The notes beneath the pieces were generated by a model. That model was not told the origin of the DNA, did not search any database, and saw only the letters and a program-made list of their open reading frames with translations. This document shows, in pieces, positions 1 to 10,094 of a DNA stretch of 64,000 bases. The position numbers and the translations under genes are program-made. Numbering within the stretch: position 1 is the first letter of the stretch; every line of letters starts with the position of its first letter. The DNA is from a bacterium (lineage in GTDB: Bacteria > Zhuqueibacterota > Zhuqueibacteria > Residuimicrobiales > Krinioviventaceae): contig CAXXMD010000003.1 in the NCBI GenBank assembly GCA_963675755.2, forward strand, positions 800,001 to 864,000. Reading direction: 5' to 3'.

Positions 1-2124
1 ATCAAAAAAGATGTGACTGCAACAACCCACTTTATCAACAGACAGGAAATCACCCACCTGCCTGTTCAATCCTTTACCGAAGTGGTTGATATTCAACCCG
101 GTGTTGCAGCGGGACACATTCGCGGTGGTCGTCAGGAAGAAGTACTATATCTTGTAGACGGATTCCCAATTCAGGATGTAATTGAAGGCAAAGTTGGCAA
201 CGAACTGCCCATGAATTCAATCATTGACATGACCGTTCAAACAGGCGGATTCAATGCAGAATATGGTAATGCCATGTCTGGTGTTGTAAATATCCTGACT
301 CAGGATGGTGGTGAAGATATTAATTCTGTTCTGGAATTCTCTGGCCTCAATTACGCATCTTTTAGTAATCCCTATATTGATAAAAGTCCGGATATGGATT
401 ATATCACTGAAATGTTTATGGGTGGCCCCCTTTTCACTCAGAAGCTAAAATTTTACGTGGCAGCAGACTTTAGAACACCCAATACACGCTGGAAACGTGA
501 AGAGTTTGGCCAGAAACTGAGCATTTACAACAGTGAATCCAGTAAAAATATGAACTTTAATGCAAAGCTTTCTTATTATATTTCAAATTCATTTAAAATC
601 AAATTACAGGGGCTCTTGTCTCTTTGGGACTGGAATGAATATGTCCATAACTGGAAAATGAATCTGGAAGGATTGCCAGACCGTTCCAAAAAAAGCTATC
701 GATTCAGTGCAACTGCAGTGCATACTATAAATCCCAAAACATTTTGGGAATTACGTATAAGTCAGTATAATGTTTTAAAGTCAATTTATGGAGCATCATC
801 CATAGAGTTGTATAACCCGGAATTCGACGAAACCGGTCATTGGATTGTTGCCGGTGATTATCCTTGGTGGCTTGACCATCAGGAAGTACATACCACCGGT
901 AAATTTGATTTTACATCTCAGGTTACTCACCATCATCAATTAAAAACCGGTGTTGAATACGTATATTATGATCTGTATAAAAAGAATGTTCAACGTCTCG
1001 AGATTTTGACATATGATCCCGATTTTCCGCAATACATTTCTTATAACACAGATTACAGGTATTTCCCAACCCGAGGTGCCGCGTATATCCAGGACAAAAT
1101 CGATTATGAAGGCATGGTTGTTAATGTGGGCCTTCGTTACGATTTTCTGGATCCCAAAGCTTCTCGTCCCGCGATTGAAGAAAAAATCTATGGCAAACGG
1201 CACGAGTGGATAGTAAATCACGACCAGACAGTTGATGCTGATATTAAACATCAAATCAGCCCCAGAGTAGGACTCGCCATTCCAATGGGTCCCAAACAGG
1301 AATTGCATGTCAACTATGGATGGTTCTTTCAAATGCCGTTGTTCGACTATTTGTATACAAACGCAAACCTGAATCTGTCTGAAGGGTTCTCTCCATTGGG
1401 CGATCCTGACCTGGAACCGGCAAAAACCATCTCTTATGAAATCAGTTATAAAAACCAGATTGGAAACAAAACACTGTTCGACTTTACCGTTTTTAATAAA
1501 GAAATTAGCAACCTCGTAGACAATAACACTTATTTAAACGAATCAGACAATTCATTATCCGGCTCAGGTTACACCCAATATGTGAACCTTGAAAATGTAA
1601 ATGTCTGGGGTAGTGAAGTCTTTTTAAAGCGAGATGTTAGTCAATTCTTGTCCGGTAAAATCAGCTATACATTCATGACAGCCAAAGGAACTGGTTCAGA
1701 AACCACTCAAAAATTCAGCTGGATCACCCGTCAAACGCTGGTTCCCATCAACGAGTACTATCTGAGTTGGGACCAACGCCATACGCTGGTTACAAATATC
1801 GATATTCGAAAACCAAACAATTGGGGTATCAATATCCTTTGGCGCTGGAACAGCCCCTTGCCATATACCAAAAACGAGGGTGCGGCAACAGAACCAAACA
1901 ATTCCCGAATGGATGAAAACATAACCCTCGATTTACGAATGAATAAAGAATTTAATCTGCTGGGCATACCCTGTTCTGCATTTGGAGAATTTTTGAACCT
2001 ATTGGACAGAGAAAATACCCTATGGTACGATTCGAATGGATTGGCTGGTGGTATTTATGGTGATCCGGGTGCATATGATATGCGGTTCAGATACAGAGTC
2101 GGTATAAATATGAATCTATTTTAG
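1..2124 (+). CDS. TonB-dependent receptor (5' end lies outside the window)
   Basis: Frame open from base 1 (IKKDVTATTHF). Plug motifs HIRGGRQEEVLYLVDG and TGGFNAEYGNAMSGVVNI; barrel motifs AYIQDKIDY, GLRYD, SPRVG, WDQRHT; C-terminal Phe. Confidence 0.93.
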   Translation: MKKDVTATTHFINRQEITHLPVQSFTEVVDIQPGVAAGHIRGGRQEEVLYLVDGFPIQDVIEGKVGNELPMNSIIDMTVQTGGFNAEYGNAMSGVVNILTQDGGEDINSVLEFSGLNYASFSNPYIDKSPDMDYITEMFMGGPLFTQKLKFYVAADFRTPNTRWKREEFGQKLSIYNSESSKNMNFNAKLSYYISNSFKIKLQGLLSLWDWNEYVHNWKMNLEGLPDRSKKSYRFSATAVHTINPKTFWELRISQYNVLKSIYGASSIELYNPEFDETGHWIVAGDYPWWLDHQEVHTTGKFDFTSQVTHHHQLKTGVEYVYYDLYKKNVQRLEILTYDPDFPQYISYNTDYRYFPTRGAAYIQDKIDYEGMVVNVGLRYDFLDPKASRPAIEEKIYGKRHEWIVNHDQTVDADIKHQISPRVGLAIPMGPKQELHVNYGWFFQMPLFDYLYTNANLNLSEGFSPLGDPDLEPAKTISYEISYKNQIGNKTLFDFTVFNKEISNLVDNNTYLNESDNSLSGSGYTQYVNLENVNVWGSEVFLKRDVSQFLSGKISYTFMTAKGTGSETTQKFSWITRQTLVPINEYYLSWDQRHTLVTNIDIRKPNNWGINILWRWNSPLPYTKNEGAATEPNNSRMDENITLDLRMNKEFNLLGIPCSAFGEFLNLLDRENTLWYDSNGLAGGIYGDPGAYDMRFRYRVGINMNLF

Positions 2125-2154
2125 ATCTCATAAATTTTTTGGAGCTTGAAAATC

Positions 2155-3213
2155 ATGCTCAAATATTATAAATACATCCTGATCATTGTCCTGTTATTTC
2201 TGACAAACTGTTGGAACAAACAGGACAATGATATTAATGGGCCGAATGTTCCCAAATATACCTTGTCGGGTCAAACCATAGAGTATAACACCAATGATAT
2301 TTTACCCAAGACACAAATCAAGGTCACTGCGGTAGAATTACTTTATGATGCAGAGTTTAATTCTAAAACTGTTGAATCTGACAGTAATGGTATCTTTACA
2401 GTTTCCGGTTTAATTCCCGGCAGCTACCTGTTCTCTGTAAATTCCAATAGTATATGGTTAGAAAGCGAACGCCTAAGTATAGAACATGAAGACAGAGTTA
2501 TGGATATAAGAGTGCCGCATATCATATTTGGCAATGTTCATCCACACGTTATCCATGATGATTTTGACCCGACTGGCAAATATTTAAATTCGTCCCGTTT
2601 TGTCATGGTCAATTCAGAATACCCTGCATTTTACATATCAGGTAATGCAAGTACATTTGCATCCAATAAATTTGAATCATTCGGAGCATCTAGCGTTGGT
2701 TATTATTTTTGCAAAACGTCTCTTGATAATAATACTACAACCTTTTATTCAGCTCAACCGAGTACCGCAAATCTGGATGATATTTACCAATTAACAGTTG
2801 ATAACAATAACATTTATGCATTAAAAAAACCTGATACCTTGCTGGTAATTGACAAATGGCAATTTTATCTAAAGCAAGCAATACCGCTCGAGTATCCTCT
2901 ACAGGATATTATATTTGAGCCCTATAGTAAATCTTTACTCGCATGTAATGATTCAGTACTATTTCAAATTAACACAGAAACATTCGAAATGAACAAATTG
3001 ACTGATATGCCGATTAAAACATGTGGTGCATTAACTTTTCACAAAGAAATGTTTTATGTATATGATAATTCAACCCACCTTTATCATAAAATGCTTCCTA
3101 ATTTTAAAATTCAGGAAACATTTGCTATTGTTCATAAATTAAACAACAATCATATTACGGATGTATATGATATTCATTTCGATTCATATAATAATTTATG
3201 GTTAACTCAATGA
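2155..3213 (+). CDS. Putative lipoprotein: carboxypeptidase-regulatory-like (Cna-B) domain plus beta-propeller-like domain; paralog 1 of 4
   Basis: Signal ending LTN-C-W; SDSNGIFTVSGLIPGSY motif; C-terminus YDIHFDSYNNLW shared with the neighbours. Start moved to ATG 2155 because GGAG lies at 2141. Confidence 0.75.
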   Translation: MLKYYKYILIIVLLFLTNCWNKQDNDINGPNVPKYTLSGQTIEYNTNDILPKTQIKVTAVELLYDAEFNSKTVESDSNGIFTVSGLIPGSYLFSVNSNSIWLESERLSIEHEDRVMDIRVPHIIFGNVHPHVIHDDFDPTGKYLNSSRFVMVNSEYPAFYISGNASTFASNKFESFGASSVGYYFCKTSLDNNTTTFYSAQPSTANLDDIYQLTVDNNNIYALKKPDTLLVIDKWQFYLKQAIPLEYPLQDIIFEPYSKSLLACNDSVLFQINTETFEMNKLTDMPIKTCGALTFHKEMFYVYDNSTHLYHKMLPNFKIQETFAIVHKLNNNHITDVYDIHFDSYNNLWLTQ

Positions 3214-4208
3214 AGTCAAAAGTTGTAATTCTCATTCTTGTATCATTATTTTTTCTATTAAACTGCTGGAGTCCTCAGGACAACGAAATTACAAAACCGG
3301 TGATTCCATTCTATACTTTTAATGGCCAGGTTGTAGACATGGATACCTATGAAATATTACCAGGTACTCAGGTTAAACTGGTAGAAAATGAAATGCTTTA
3401 TGAGGTTGAATTTGGAACACAGATCGTCACAGCAGATAGTACGGGTATGTTTCAGTTCGATTCGGTTTATCCCGGTAAATATTTATTAAGCGTTGAAAGA
3501 GATGGTTTTTTCATCAATGAAACCAAATTTCAGGTAGAACACGCCGATACCAGCACAGCACTCGAAGTCCCCCAACTCTATTTTGTTCAGGAATTTTTGC
3601 ATAGTTATTCTAAAAGTCCGGCGTTTTCCTGTAGCGGCTCAACCGCGTTAGTAAACATTTATTGGCGCGCTGGTAATACCGCTCCGTTTATCAATTCAGA
3701 CATGTTTGCAGAATATAAATATGAAAACAGAAGTTGGTTTAACGAAAGTAAATTCGTTTCACCCTATAATCCTCGCTTGCTATCGTCAATGACCTACATT
3801 CGGGATGGATTAATAATATGCATGAACACGGATACATTATATCAGATGAATCGCTGGGACGGCACAAAAGCGGGGCAATTTCATATCGATCATATTGCAC
3901 GGGGTGTCGCATTTCATATTATTAATCAATGTATTTATACCTGTTCAGGTGGCAAGCTGTACAAGCACAATTCAGATGATTTTACAATCACAGATGCGGT
4001 TTATTCACCCGGTCAAAATAATTATATTGCACTGGCATATTACAAAAACCTTTACGCTTTTGATAATGACAAGGCAATTCTTGAAAAATTTGACTCTGAT
4101 ACAAACATAACAAACCATTATGCCATGATGACAGATTCCGGCGTACAAATCACAGACCTGTTTGACATGAGTTTTGATGGTTATGGGAATTTACTGTTTA
4201 CGAGATAA
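3210..4208 (+). CDS. Putative lipoprotein, Cna-B-like plus beta-propeller-like; paralog 2 of 4
   Basis: ATGA overlap with the previous stop; LLN-C-W; TADSTGMFQFDSVYPGKY; FDMSFDGYGNL terminus. Confidence 0.78.
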   Translation: MKSKVVILILVSLFFLLNCWSPQDNEITKPVIPFYTFNGQVVDMDTYEILPGTQVKLVENEMLYEVEFGTQIVTADSTGMFQFDSVYPGKYLLSVERDGFFINETKFQVEHADTSTALEVPQLYFVQEFLHSYSKSPAFSCSGSTALVNIYWRAGNTAPFINSDMFAEYKYENRSWFNESKFVSPYNPRLLSSMTYIRDGLIICMNTDTLYQMNRWDGTKAGQFHIDHIARGVAFHIINQCIYTCSGGKLYKHNSDDFTITDAVYSPGQNNYIALAYYKNLYAFDNDKAILEKFDSDTNITNHYAMMTDSGVQITDLFDMSFDGYGNLLFTR

Positions 4209-4267
4209 GGTCTTTATATGATTTAGTAATTTTCAAAATTGTGGGGTACTAATAAAGGGGTGGCTGA

Positions 4268-5281
4268 ATGTACAAACAACGGATTTTCCTATTGATTCTC
4301 TCGTGTTTTCTGCTTGTTCACTGCTGGAACAAGCAGAAGCATGATATCACACGCCCATTAATTCCTACGTATATTTTAGACGGTCATGCTGTCGACATGG
4401 ATACATTTGAACCCATGCCAAATGCTCAAATCAAACTCGATGAAATAGATTTGCTGTATGAAGTCAAATTTGGTACGCAAATAATTACAGCAGATAGTAC
4501 GGGGTATTTCAAATTTGATTCAGTGTACCCCGGTGATTACTATTTAAGCATGGAGCGGGACGGTTACTTTATTAAAAAAAGCAAAATTTCTTATCCTCAT
4601 AGCGATACTACGCTAACGTTAGAAATACCCCATGTGTTTATTGCCAAGAATTTTCCTCAATCTAGTGCTACCAATCAAGCCATTGCAATTGTGGGTACCG
4701 AATGTTGGAATACCAGTTGGGGATTTAGAGAATTTCTAATGGATGGAACAAAAATTTTTCAAGATTATTTTAGAATTACAATGCTGGCAATGAAAAGTAA
4801 ATGGGTGTCTGATCATATTTTTTACACCTCTCTTACGCAACAAAAATTAACAGGGATGGCATTTTCCCGTGATGGCATTTACGCTTGCGTCAACCAGGAT
4901 TCTTTATTTATGATAGACCGTGAAGATGGAAATTTCAGTAAAAAAATAAAAGTTGATGTCAATGTTAAAGGTGTTGCAATGCATATTGGGAGAAAAACAT
5001 TGTTCACCTGTTTTGAAAATCAGTTACATGAGCATGATTTAACAGACCCTACACAAATTTTAAATGAATTTAATACAGATTTTACCAATCTCAGGTCACT
5101 TGCATATTACAAAAAGTTGTATTCTTTTGATAACGAGTCTTATATATTAAGAGAGTATGATGAAAACATCAACCCTGTCAAAAGCTACAACATTGTTTTG
5201 GAACATACTCAAGACAATATTGAAAAAATATATGACATGTCATTTGACGGCTATGGCAGCTTGTGGGTTATTGTTCAATAA
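4268..5281 (+). CDS. Putative lipoprotein, Cna-B-like plus beta-propeller-like; paralog 3 of 4
   Basis: LVH-C-WNKQ; TADSTGYFKFDSVYPGDY; YDMSFDGYGSLW terminus. Confidence 0.78.
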   Translation: MYKQRIFLLILSCFLLVHCWNKQKHDITRPLIPTYILDGHAVDMDTFEPMPNAQIKLDEIDLLYEVKFGTQIITADSTGYFKFDSVYPGDYYLSMERDGYFIKKSKISYPHSDTTLTLEIPHVFIAKNFPQSSATNQAIAIVGTECWNTSWGFREFLMDGTKIFQDYFRITMLAMKSKWVSDHIFYTSLTQQKLTGMAFSRDGIYACVNQDSLFMIDREDGNFSKKIKVDVNVKGVAMHIGRKTLFTCFENQLHEHDLTDPTQILNEFNTDFTNLRSLAYYKKLYSFDNESYILREYDENINPVKSYNIVLEHTQDNIEKIYDMSFDGYGSLWVIVQ

Positions 5282-5311
5282 CATAAACTCTTTATAAAAA
5301 ATGGATAGATC

Positions 5312-6319
5312 ATGCGTAGGATATTATTGATCATTTTATCAGTCTTTCTACTTGTTCACTGCTGGAACAAGCAGAAACATGATATCACACGGCCGTTAAT
5401 TCCATCATATGTTTTCGATGGTCATGCAGTGGATATGGATACATTTGAACCTATGCCAAACGCGCAAATCAAGCTTGATGAAATTCACATGTTGTATGAG
5501 GTGAAATTTGGCACGCAAATAATTACAGCGGACAGTACGGGGTATTTCAAATTTGATTCAGTGTACCCCGGTGATTACTATTTAAGCATGGAGCGTGACG
5601 GGTATTTTATCAAAAAAAGTAAAATTTCATATCCACATAGTGATACTACGCTTACGTTAGAAATACCCCATGTGTTTATTGCCAAGAGTTTTCCGCAATT
5701 CAGGGCAACAAATCAAGCAATTGCAATCATTGGTACTGAATGCTGGTCTATTAATTGGGGTTTAAAAGAAACACTTGAAGATGGAACATTGATTTTTCAA
5801 GATTTCTTTCATGTTTTCACACTTGCAATGAAAGAAAAATGGGTTGAAGACGAAATAATTTATCAACCACTAAAACATCTGGTAATTAGTGGAATGGCAT
5901 TCGCTCGAGATGGCATATATGCCTGTGTTAACAGAGATTCATTATACCTTATTAATAGAGGGGATGGAACTTTTTCCAACAAAATTAAAGTGGGTACAAA
6001 CGTAAAAGGAGTATCTCTTCATATTGGAAGAAAAACTTTGTTTACTTGTTTTGAAAATCAATTACATGAGCATGATTTAACTGACCCTACACAGATTTTA
6101 AATGAATATGAAACTGATTTTACCAATCTCAGGTCACTTGCTTATTACAGAAACTTGTATTCTTTTGATAACGAGTCTTATATTTTACGAGAGTATGATG
6201 AAAACATTAATCCTGTCAAAAGCTACAACATCGTTTTGGAGCATACGCAAAATAATATTGAAAAAATATATGACATGTCATTTGACGGCTATGGGAGCTT
6301 GTGGGTGATTGTTCAATAA
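5312..6319 (+). CDS. Putative lipoprotein, Cna-B-like plus beta-propeller-like; paralog 4 of 4
   Basis: Nearly identical to paralog 3 in the N- and C-terminal thirds, divergent in the middle. Confidence 0.78.
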   Translation: MRRILLIILSVFLLVHCWNKQKHDITRPLIPSYVFDGHAVDMDTFEPMPNAQIKLDEIHMLYEVKFGTQIITADSTGYFKFDSVYPGDYYLSMERDGYFIKKSKISYPHSDTTLTLEIPHVFIAKSFPQFRATNQAIAIIGTECWSINWGLKETLEDGTLIFQDFFHVFTLAMKEKWVEDEIIYQPLKHLVISGMAFARDGIYACVNRDSLYLINRGDGTFSNKIKVGTNVKGVSLHIGRKTLFTCFENQLHEHDLTDPTQILNEYETDFTNLRSLAYYRNLYSFDNESYILREYDENINPVKSYNIVLEHTQNNIEKIYDMSFDGYGSLWVIVQ

Positions 6320-6336
6320 TACAAACTGTATAAAAC

Positions 6337-6377
6337 AAAAAAAGGGCGCTGGTTTAAAACCGGCGCCCTTTTTTTTT
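6337..6377. terminator. Bidirectional intrinsic terminator between convergent operons
   Basis: A7-GGGCGCTGGTTT-A-AAACCGGCGCCC-T9: GC-rich inverted repeat with A and T tracts on either side, between convergent stops at 6319 and 6394. Confidence 0.9.
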
Positions 6378-6393
6378 ATAATCAAATCAGTGA

Positions 6394-9300
6394 TTATTTC
6401 ATCAAGGTCATCTTTTTAACGCTTGTGAAATCACCGGTTTCGAGGCGATAGAAATAGATACCACTGGCTACTTTCATGCCGCGTGCATCCATTGCATCCC
6501 ACTGTACATTATGATTACCAGCAGAAACTGTACCGTTAACCAAAGTTCTGATCTTTTGACCATTTGTTCCAAATACTTCCAATTTAACATGGGTAGTATT
6601 GGGCAATTGGTAAGAAATAGAAGTTGTCGGGTTGAACGGGTTAGGATAGTTCTGGTTCAGAGCAAATGAAGTAGGAATTGTTTCTTCTTCAACAGCATTT
6701 GGATTGAAATTGTCCCATGAAGGAGCATAAGCCATTCCAATAACTTCAGAAACATTACCATTCCAGTCAATTGCAACGATACCAAAAGTCTGGCCGTAAT
6801 CAGTATAAACAAATTCTACAGCGGTATAATACTCTGTTTCACCAGGAGCTGAAGGAGTGGGAAGACCAGTCAATATTTGAGCAGATTCCCAATCAGTAAA
6901 CTCGTCGCCCAAAGAATCATAAGCAACGCGGATCTGATAACCCCAAACAGGACCACCAGCGATAACACCGTCATCACCAGGAGCTGTCCATGACAGAGTA
7001 ACATTTTCTTCAGTAACATCAACTACTGTAAGGTCAACAACGTCACCAGGAAGAATGTCATCAGCATGTGCTGGATTAGACATTTCAGAAACATTACCAA
7101 CTTCGTCAGTAGTTTTAATTGCAAAGTATACGTCAAAATAGTAATCTTGCAAACGATCTACAGGTACAGTCAAAGACTGTTCTGTGCCGGCAGCAGCAAC
7201 TTCGGGAACTTCATCGAGAGCCATTGCATCATCCCATGTTGCAGGGGTAATAGGCATATAAGCATAACGGATCTCGTAAGATGTTCCTTCTTCAGGAGCA
7301 GTTTCAACCGGTGCAGTCCAGGTCAACAGTTTTGCAGTTTCGCCATCAACGTCAGCAGCATGCAAATCAGTGATCTGAGTAGGAGCAGTAACGTCTGCAG
7401 GGGTTAATTCAACAGATTCTGAAACAGCAGATTCATTGTCATTAAAATCTGTACTGGTAACCCAGAAATACAGGGTTTCACCATTGGTCAAACCATCAAT
7501 AGTAGCCATAGAATCAGATACTTCAGCAACAACCTCAGCTACAGCAACATCATTAGTGTCGGCAGCCAATACAGAGTAATAAGAAGCAGTTTCAAGGCCA
7601 GACCAGGTCAAACCAACTTGCATATCACCAGCAACACCTACAAAATTCACAGGAGTACCAGGATCTGTCATATCTACACCAGTGCTTGAATAAACAGAAA
7701 GATCATCAACGGTGAAATATAAATATCCGCCAGCTGCTGCAAGCTGGGCATTAGTCTTGTATGTAAAACCAACATGTACAGCTGCTTGACCGTCAGCTAA
7801 AGCTGAAATGTCATAAATAAAAGTGCCTCTTCTTTCAGCAACAGGTGTTGCTTCTGTAAAGACCTTAAAGTCCTGGAAAGTAGCACCACCATCAGTGGAT
7901 ATAATAATTTTAGCTTCAAAAGGATCAGCAACACTACCACTAATATGATGTTCCAATTTTAACGCAACATCTGTCATTTCTGAACAGTCCAATACTGGTG
8001 TAACAATCTGTTCATCAAAAGACAGGTCATCATTATATTTGAGGACCCAGAGTTCATTATCACCTCTGCCAAAGGAATCGCCAATATACCATGAATCATC
8101 TTGGCCAAGTACACCTTCATAACCCCAGTTAGCATACAGTTCGTCATCAGTTATGGTGTTAAAATTTTCAGCAATTGCAGGAGCTTCACCATAAACATGG
8201 AAATCAATAACCAATGAATCATCTTCTGCAACATCATCACCACCATAGATATCAGTATAAGCGATCAAAGTATAATCACCCTGATATTCTGGTGTCCAGT
8301 CTGCAAAATTGTAAAAATCCATACCTTCATTGAATTCTTGTTGTCCTGGGTACATTTTAAGGGTATCACCCTGTGCAGGAGCATAAGTATAAAGGTAACG
8401 TTCGTAAACAGTAGAACCAAAATTATTTACGATTTTTACAAAAGTATTGTAAATAGTAATATCACTTAGGCCAAAATTAGAAACAACAACCTGAGGATCA
8501 TAGGTTTCACCAACTGTGATAAATCCATTTTTAGAAAAAGTAGAATCAAGGTCTACAAAACTTACACCAATATCTGTTGCAAAACGGGTGTAAACTTCAA
8601 AAGAAGCATTGTAAACTTCAAAACCCCAGTTAGGATCACCACTGGTACCTTCATCATTGTCATCATAAATTGCGCGGAAACGAATTCCCAAAGAATCTCC
8701 GGGAGCGCCAATAACATTTTCAGTAATATTTAAAGCGGTAGTAATAGATTCAGATCCGTATCCTGACCAACCGGCAATACCTTCCCATGGGCCGGCTTCG
8801 CCTTGACCCAAACGGAGAGCTTCCATATCGCCAGCTTCAGAACCGTCATTGATGAACAAAGAACCGGTTCCATCAGAAACATCAATGTTATCTACAAACC
8901 AACCAAAAGTTTCACCAGTGTTTCCATCTTGAGCACTGTAACCACCATCACTGGCAAATGCCCAGCGAACCTGAACCATTCCACCAACATAAGCTGAAAG
9001 GTCAACAGTTACGGTTTCATAGTCATGAATTTCGCCGGCAAAACCAGCAGGATCTTCAGCAGTAATACCTTGTTGTTCAAAAGCACTAACCATGTCAGGG
9101 TAACCGCCTTCAGGTGTTAAAAGGGTCCATTCTGCATCTTCTGCAGTACGTGCCCAAAGGTTACCACCATCCCAGTTACCACTTTCCATACCATATATTT
9201 GGTCATATGTTAATGTTACTGCACCAGAAGCAGCAGTCAGATCAAGGAAAGGAGTGCGCAAATCTTCACGCCACCAGTTACCATAACCAGGAGCAGCATA

Positions 9301-10005
9301 CTGATTACTGGTCATCTGCCATTCGCCATCAGCCAAATGCCATTTTGGACTTTCTTTAATTTCTATCCAAAATTCATCATCAGCATCAGGTTCAGCAAGA
9401 TACATGTCCAAAACTAAATTACTAACACGGTAAGGATCACCAAGTTCACTTGTAGTTGGAACGCCTACCATAATTTCAATAGCTTCGTCTTTGGCTGCTA
9501 CAGTACCACCAAAATCGCCGCCTGGTTCAGGAGCAATTGCAGAATTGTAATATTCATATTGTGCAGGGTAGCCCATAACATTGATATAATCAAGCCACAT
9601 CCAATCATTACCGGCACCATCTTCACTCAAGTCAACTTTGGTAAATTCTTCAAAATCTTTGAGTGAATCAAAATGCGCAACATAAACAGGATAAATATCA
9701 CCACCACCTGGAACTTCATCTAATAAAGGCATAAATACCGCATTATCAGAATTCAGGCTGTTGCGAATGAGGTTATTTTTAATTATTTCTTGTTTTGACA
9801 ATGTTGCATTCAAGGCTTCTTTTTTAGCCTTCATGATGGCTTCTTTGGAAGAACCATCAATTGTCTTAACACTAAAATAGCCATTTTTTTGACTATTCAC
9901 CTTTACCTTTGTATCGGTGTTGGAAATTTTTGCAAATGACATTGTTGTAAACGTTAACAACAATACCAAAGATAAAAACAGCACAACCAATTTATTTTTT
10001 GTCAT
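6394..10005 (-). CDS. Large acidic secreted protein: InhA/MAM-like jelly-roll domains, CARDB-like, FN3 repeats, FlgD-Ig/T9SS type A-like C-terminal sorting domain
   Basis: Signal peptide; VDLSAYVGGMVQVRWAFASDG...GWFVDNI; FN3 motifs LTWTAP/LSWTAPGDDG; FALNQNYPNPFNPTT...ASGIYFYRL...KKMTLMK. No HExxH seen. Confidence 0.85.
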   Translation of the reverse strand: MTKNKLVVLFLSLVLLLTFTTMSFAKISNTDTKVKVNSQKNGYFSVKTIDGSSKEAIMKAKKEALNATLSKQEIIKNNLIRNSLNSDNAVFMPLLDEVPGGGDIYPVYVAHFDSLKDFEEFTKVDLSEDGAGNDWMWLDYINVMGYPAQYEYYNSAIAPEPGGDFGGTVAAKDEAIEIMVGVPTTSELGDPYRVSNLVLDMYLAEPDADDEFWIEIKESPKWHLADGEWQMTSNQYAAPGYGNWWREDLRTPFLDLTAASGAVTLTYDQIYGMESGNWDGGNLWARTAEDAEWTLLTPEGGYPDMVSAFEQQGITAEDPAGFAGEIHDYETVTVDLSAYVGGMVQVRWAFASDGGYSAQDGNTGETFGWFVDNIDVSDGTGSLFINDGSEAGDMEALRLGQGEAGPWEGIAGWSGYGSESITTALNITENVIGAPGDSLGIRFRAIYDDNDEGTSGDPNWGFEVYNASFEVYTRFATDIGVSFVDLDSTFSKNGFITVGETYDPQVVVSNFGLSDITIYNTFVKIVNNFGSTVYERYLYTYAPAQGDTLKMYPGQQEFNEGMDFYNFADWTPEYQGDYTLIAYTDIYGGDDVAEDDSLVIDFHVYGEAPAIAENFNTITDDELYANWGYEGVLGQDDSWYIGDSFGRGDNELWVLKYNDDLSFDEQIVTPVLDCSEMTDVALKLEHHISGSVADPFEAKIIISTDGGATFQDFKVFTEATPVAERRGTFIYDISALADGQAAVHVGFTYKTNAQLAAAGGYLYFTVDDLSVYSSTGVDMTDPGTPVNFVGVAGDMQVGLTWSGLETASYYSVLAADTNDVAVAEVVAEVSDSMATIDGLTNGETLYFWVTSTDFNDNESAVSESVELTPADVTAPTQITDLHAADVDGETAKLLTWTAPVETAPEEGTSYEIRYAYMPITPATWDDAMALDEVPEVAAAGTEQSLTVPVDRLQDYYFDVYFAIKTTDEVGNVSEMSNPAHADDILPGDVVDLTVVDVTEENVTLSWTAPGDDGVIAGGPVWGYQIRVAYDSLGDEFTDWESAQILTGLPTPSAPGETEYYTAVEFVYTDYGQTFGIVAIDWNGNVSEVIGMAYAPSWDNFNPNAVEEETIPTSFALNQNYPNPFNPTTSISYQLPNTTHVKLEVFGTNGQKIRTLVNGTVSAGNHNVQWDAMDARGMKVASGIYFYRLETGDFTSVKKMTLMK

Positions 10006-10050
10006 ATTGTTCTCCTTGTGAATACAATTTGTTCAGTTTTTTTTAAAGGA

Positions 10051-10084
10051 GAGAAAACAGGGCGATACATGTCTTGTATCGCCC
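10051..10084 (-). terminator. Intra-operon hairpin (leaky terminator or mRNA stabiliser)
   Basis: Perfect 10-bp stem GGGCGATACA/TGTATCGCCC (10060-10069/10075-10084), followed on the - strand by an imperfect U tract, TGTTTTCTC. Confidence 0.6.
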
Positions 10085-10094
10085 CATGAATAAT

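Noticed and set aside
4268-6319. Diversity-generating retroelement (TR/VR pair) explaining the paralog variation
   Set aside because: Differences involve all four bases and synonymous sites rather than adenines only, both copies are full genes, and no reverse transcriptase is in the window.
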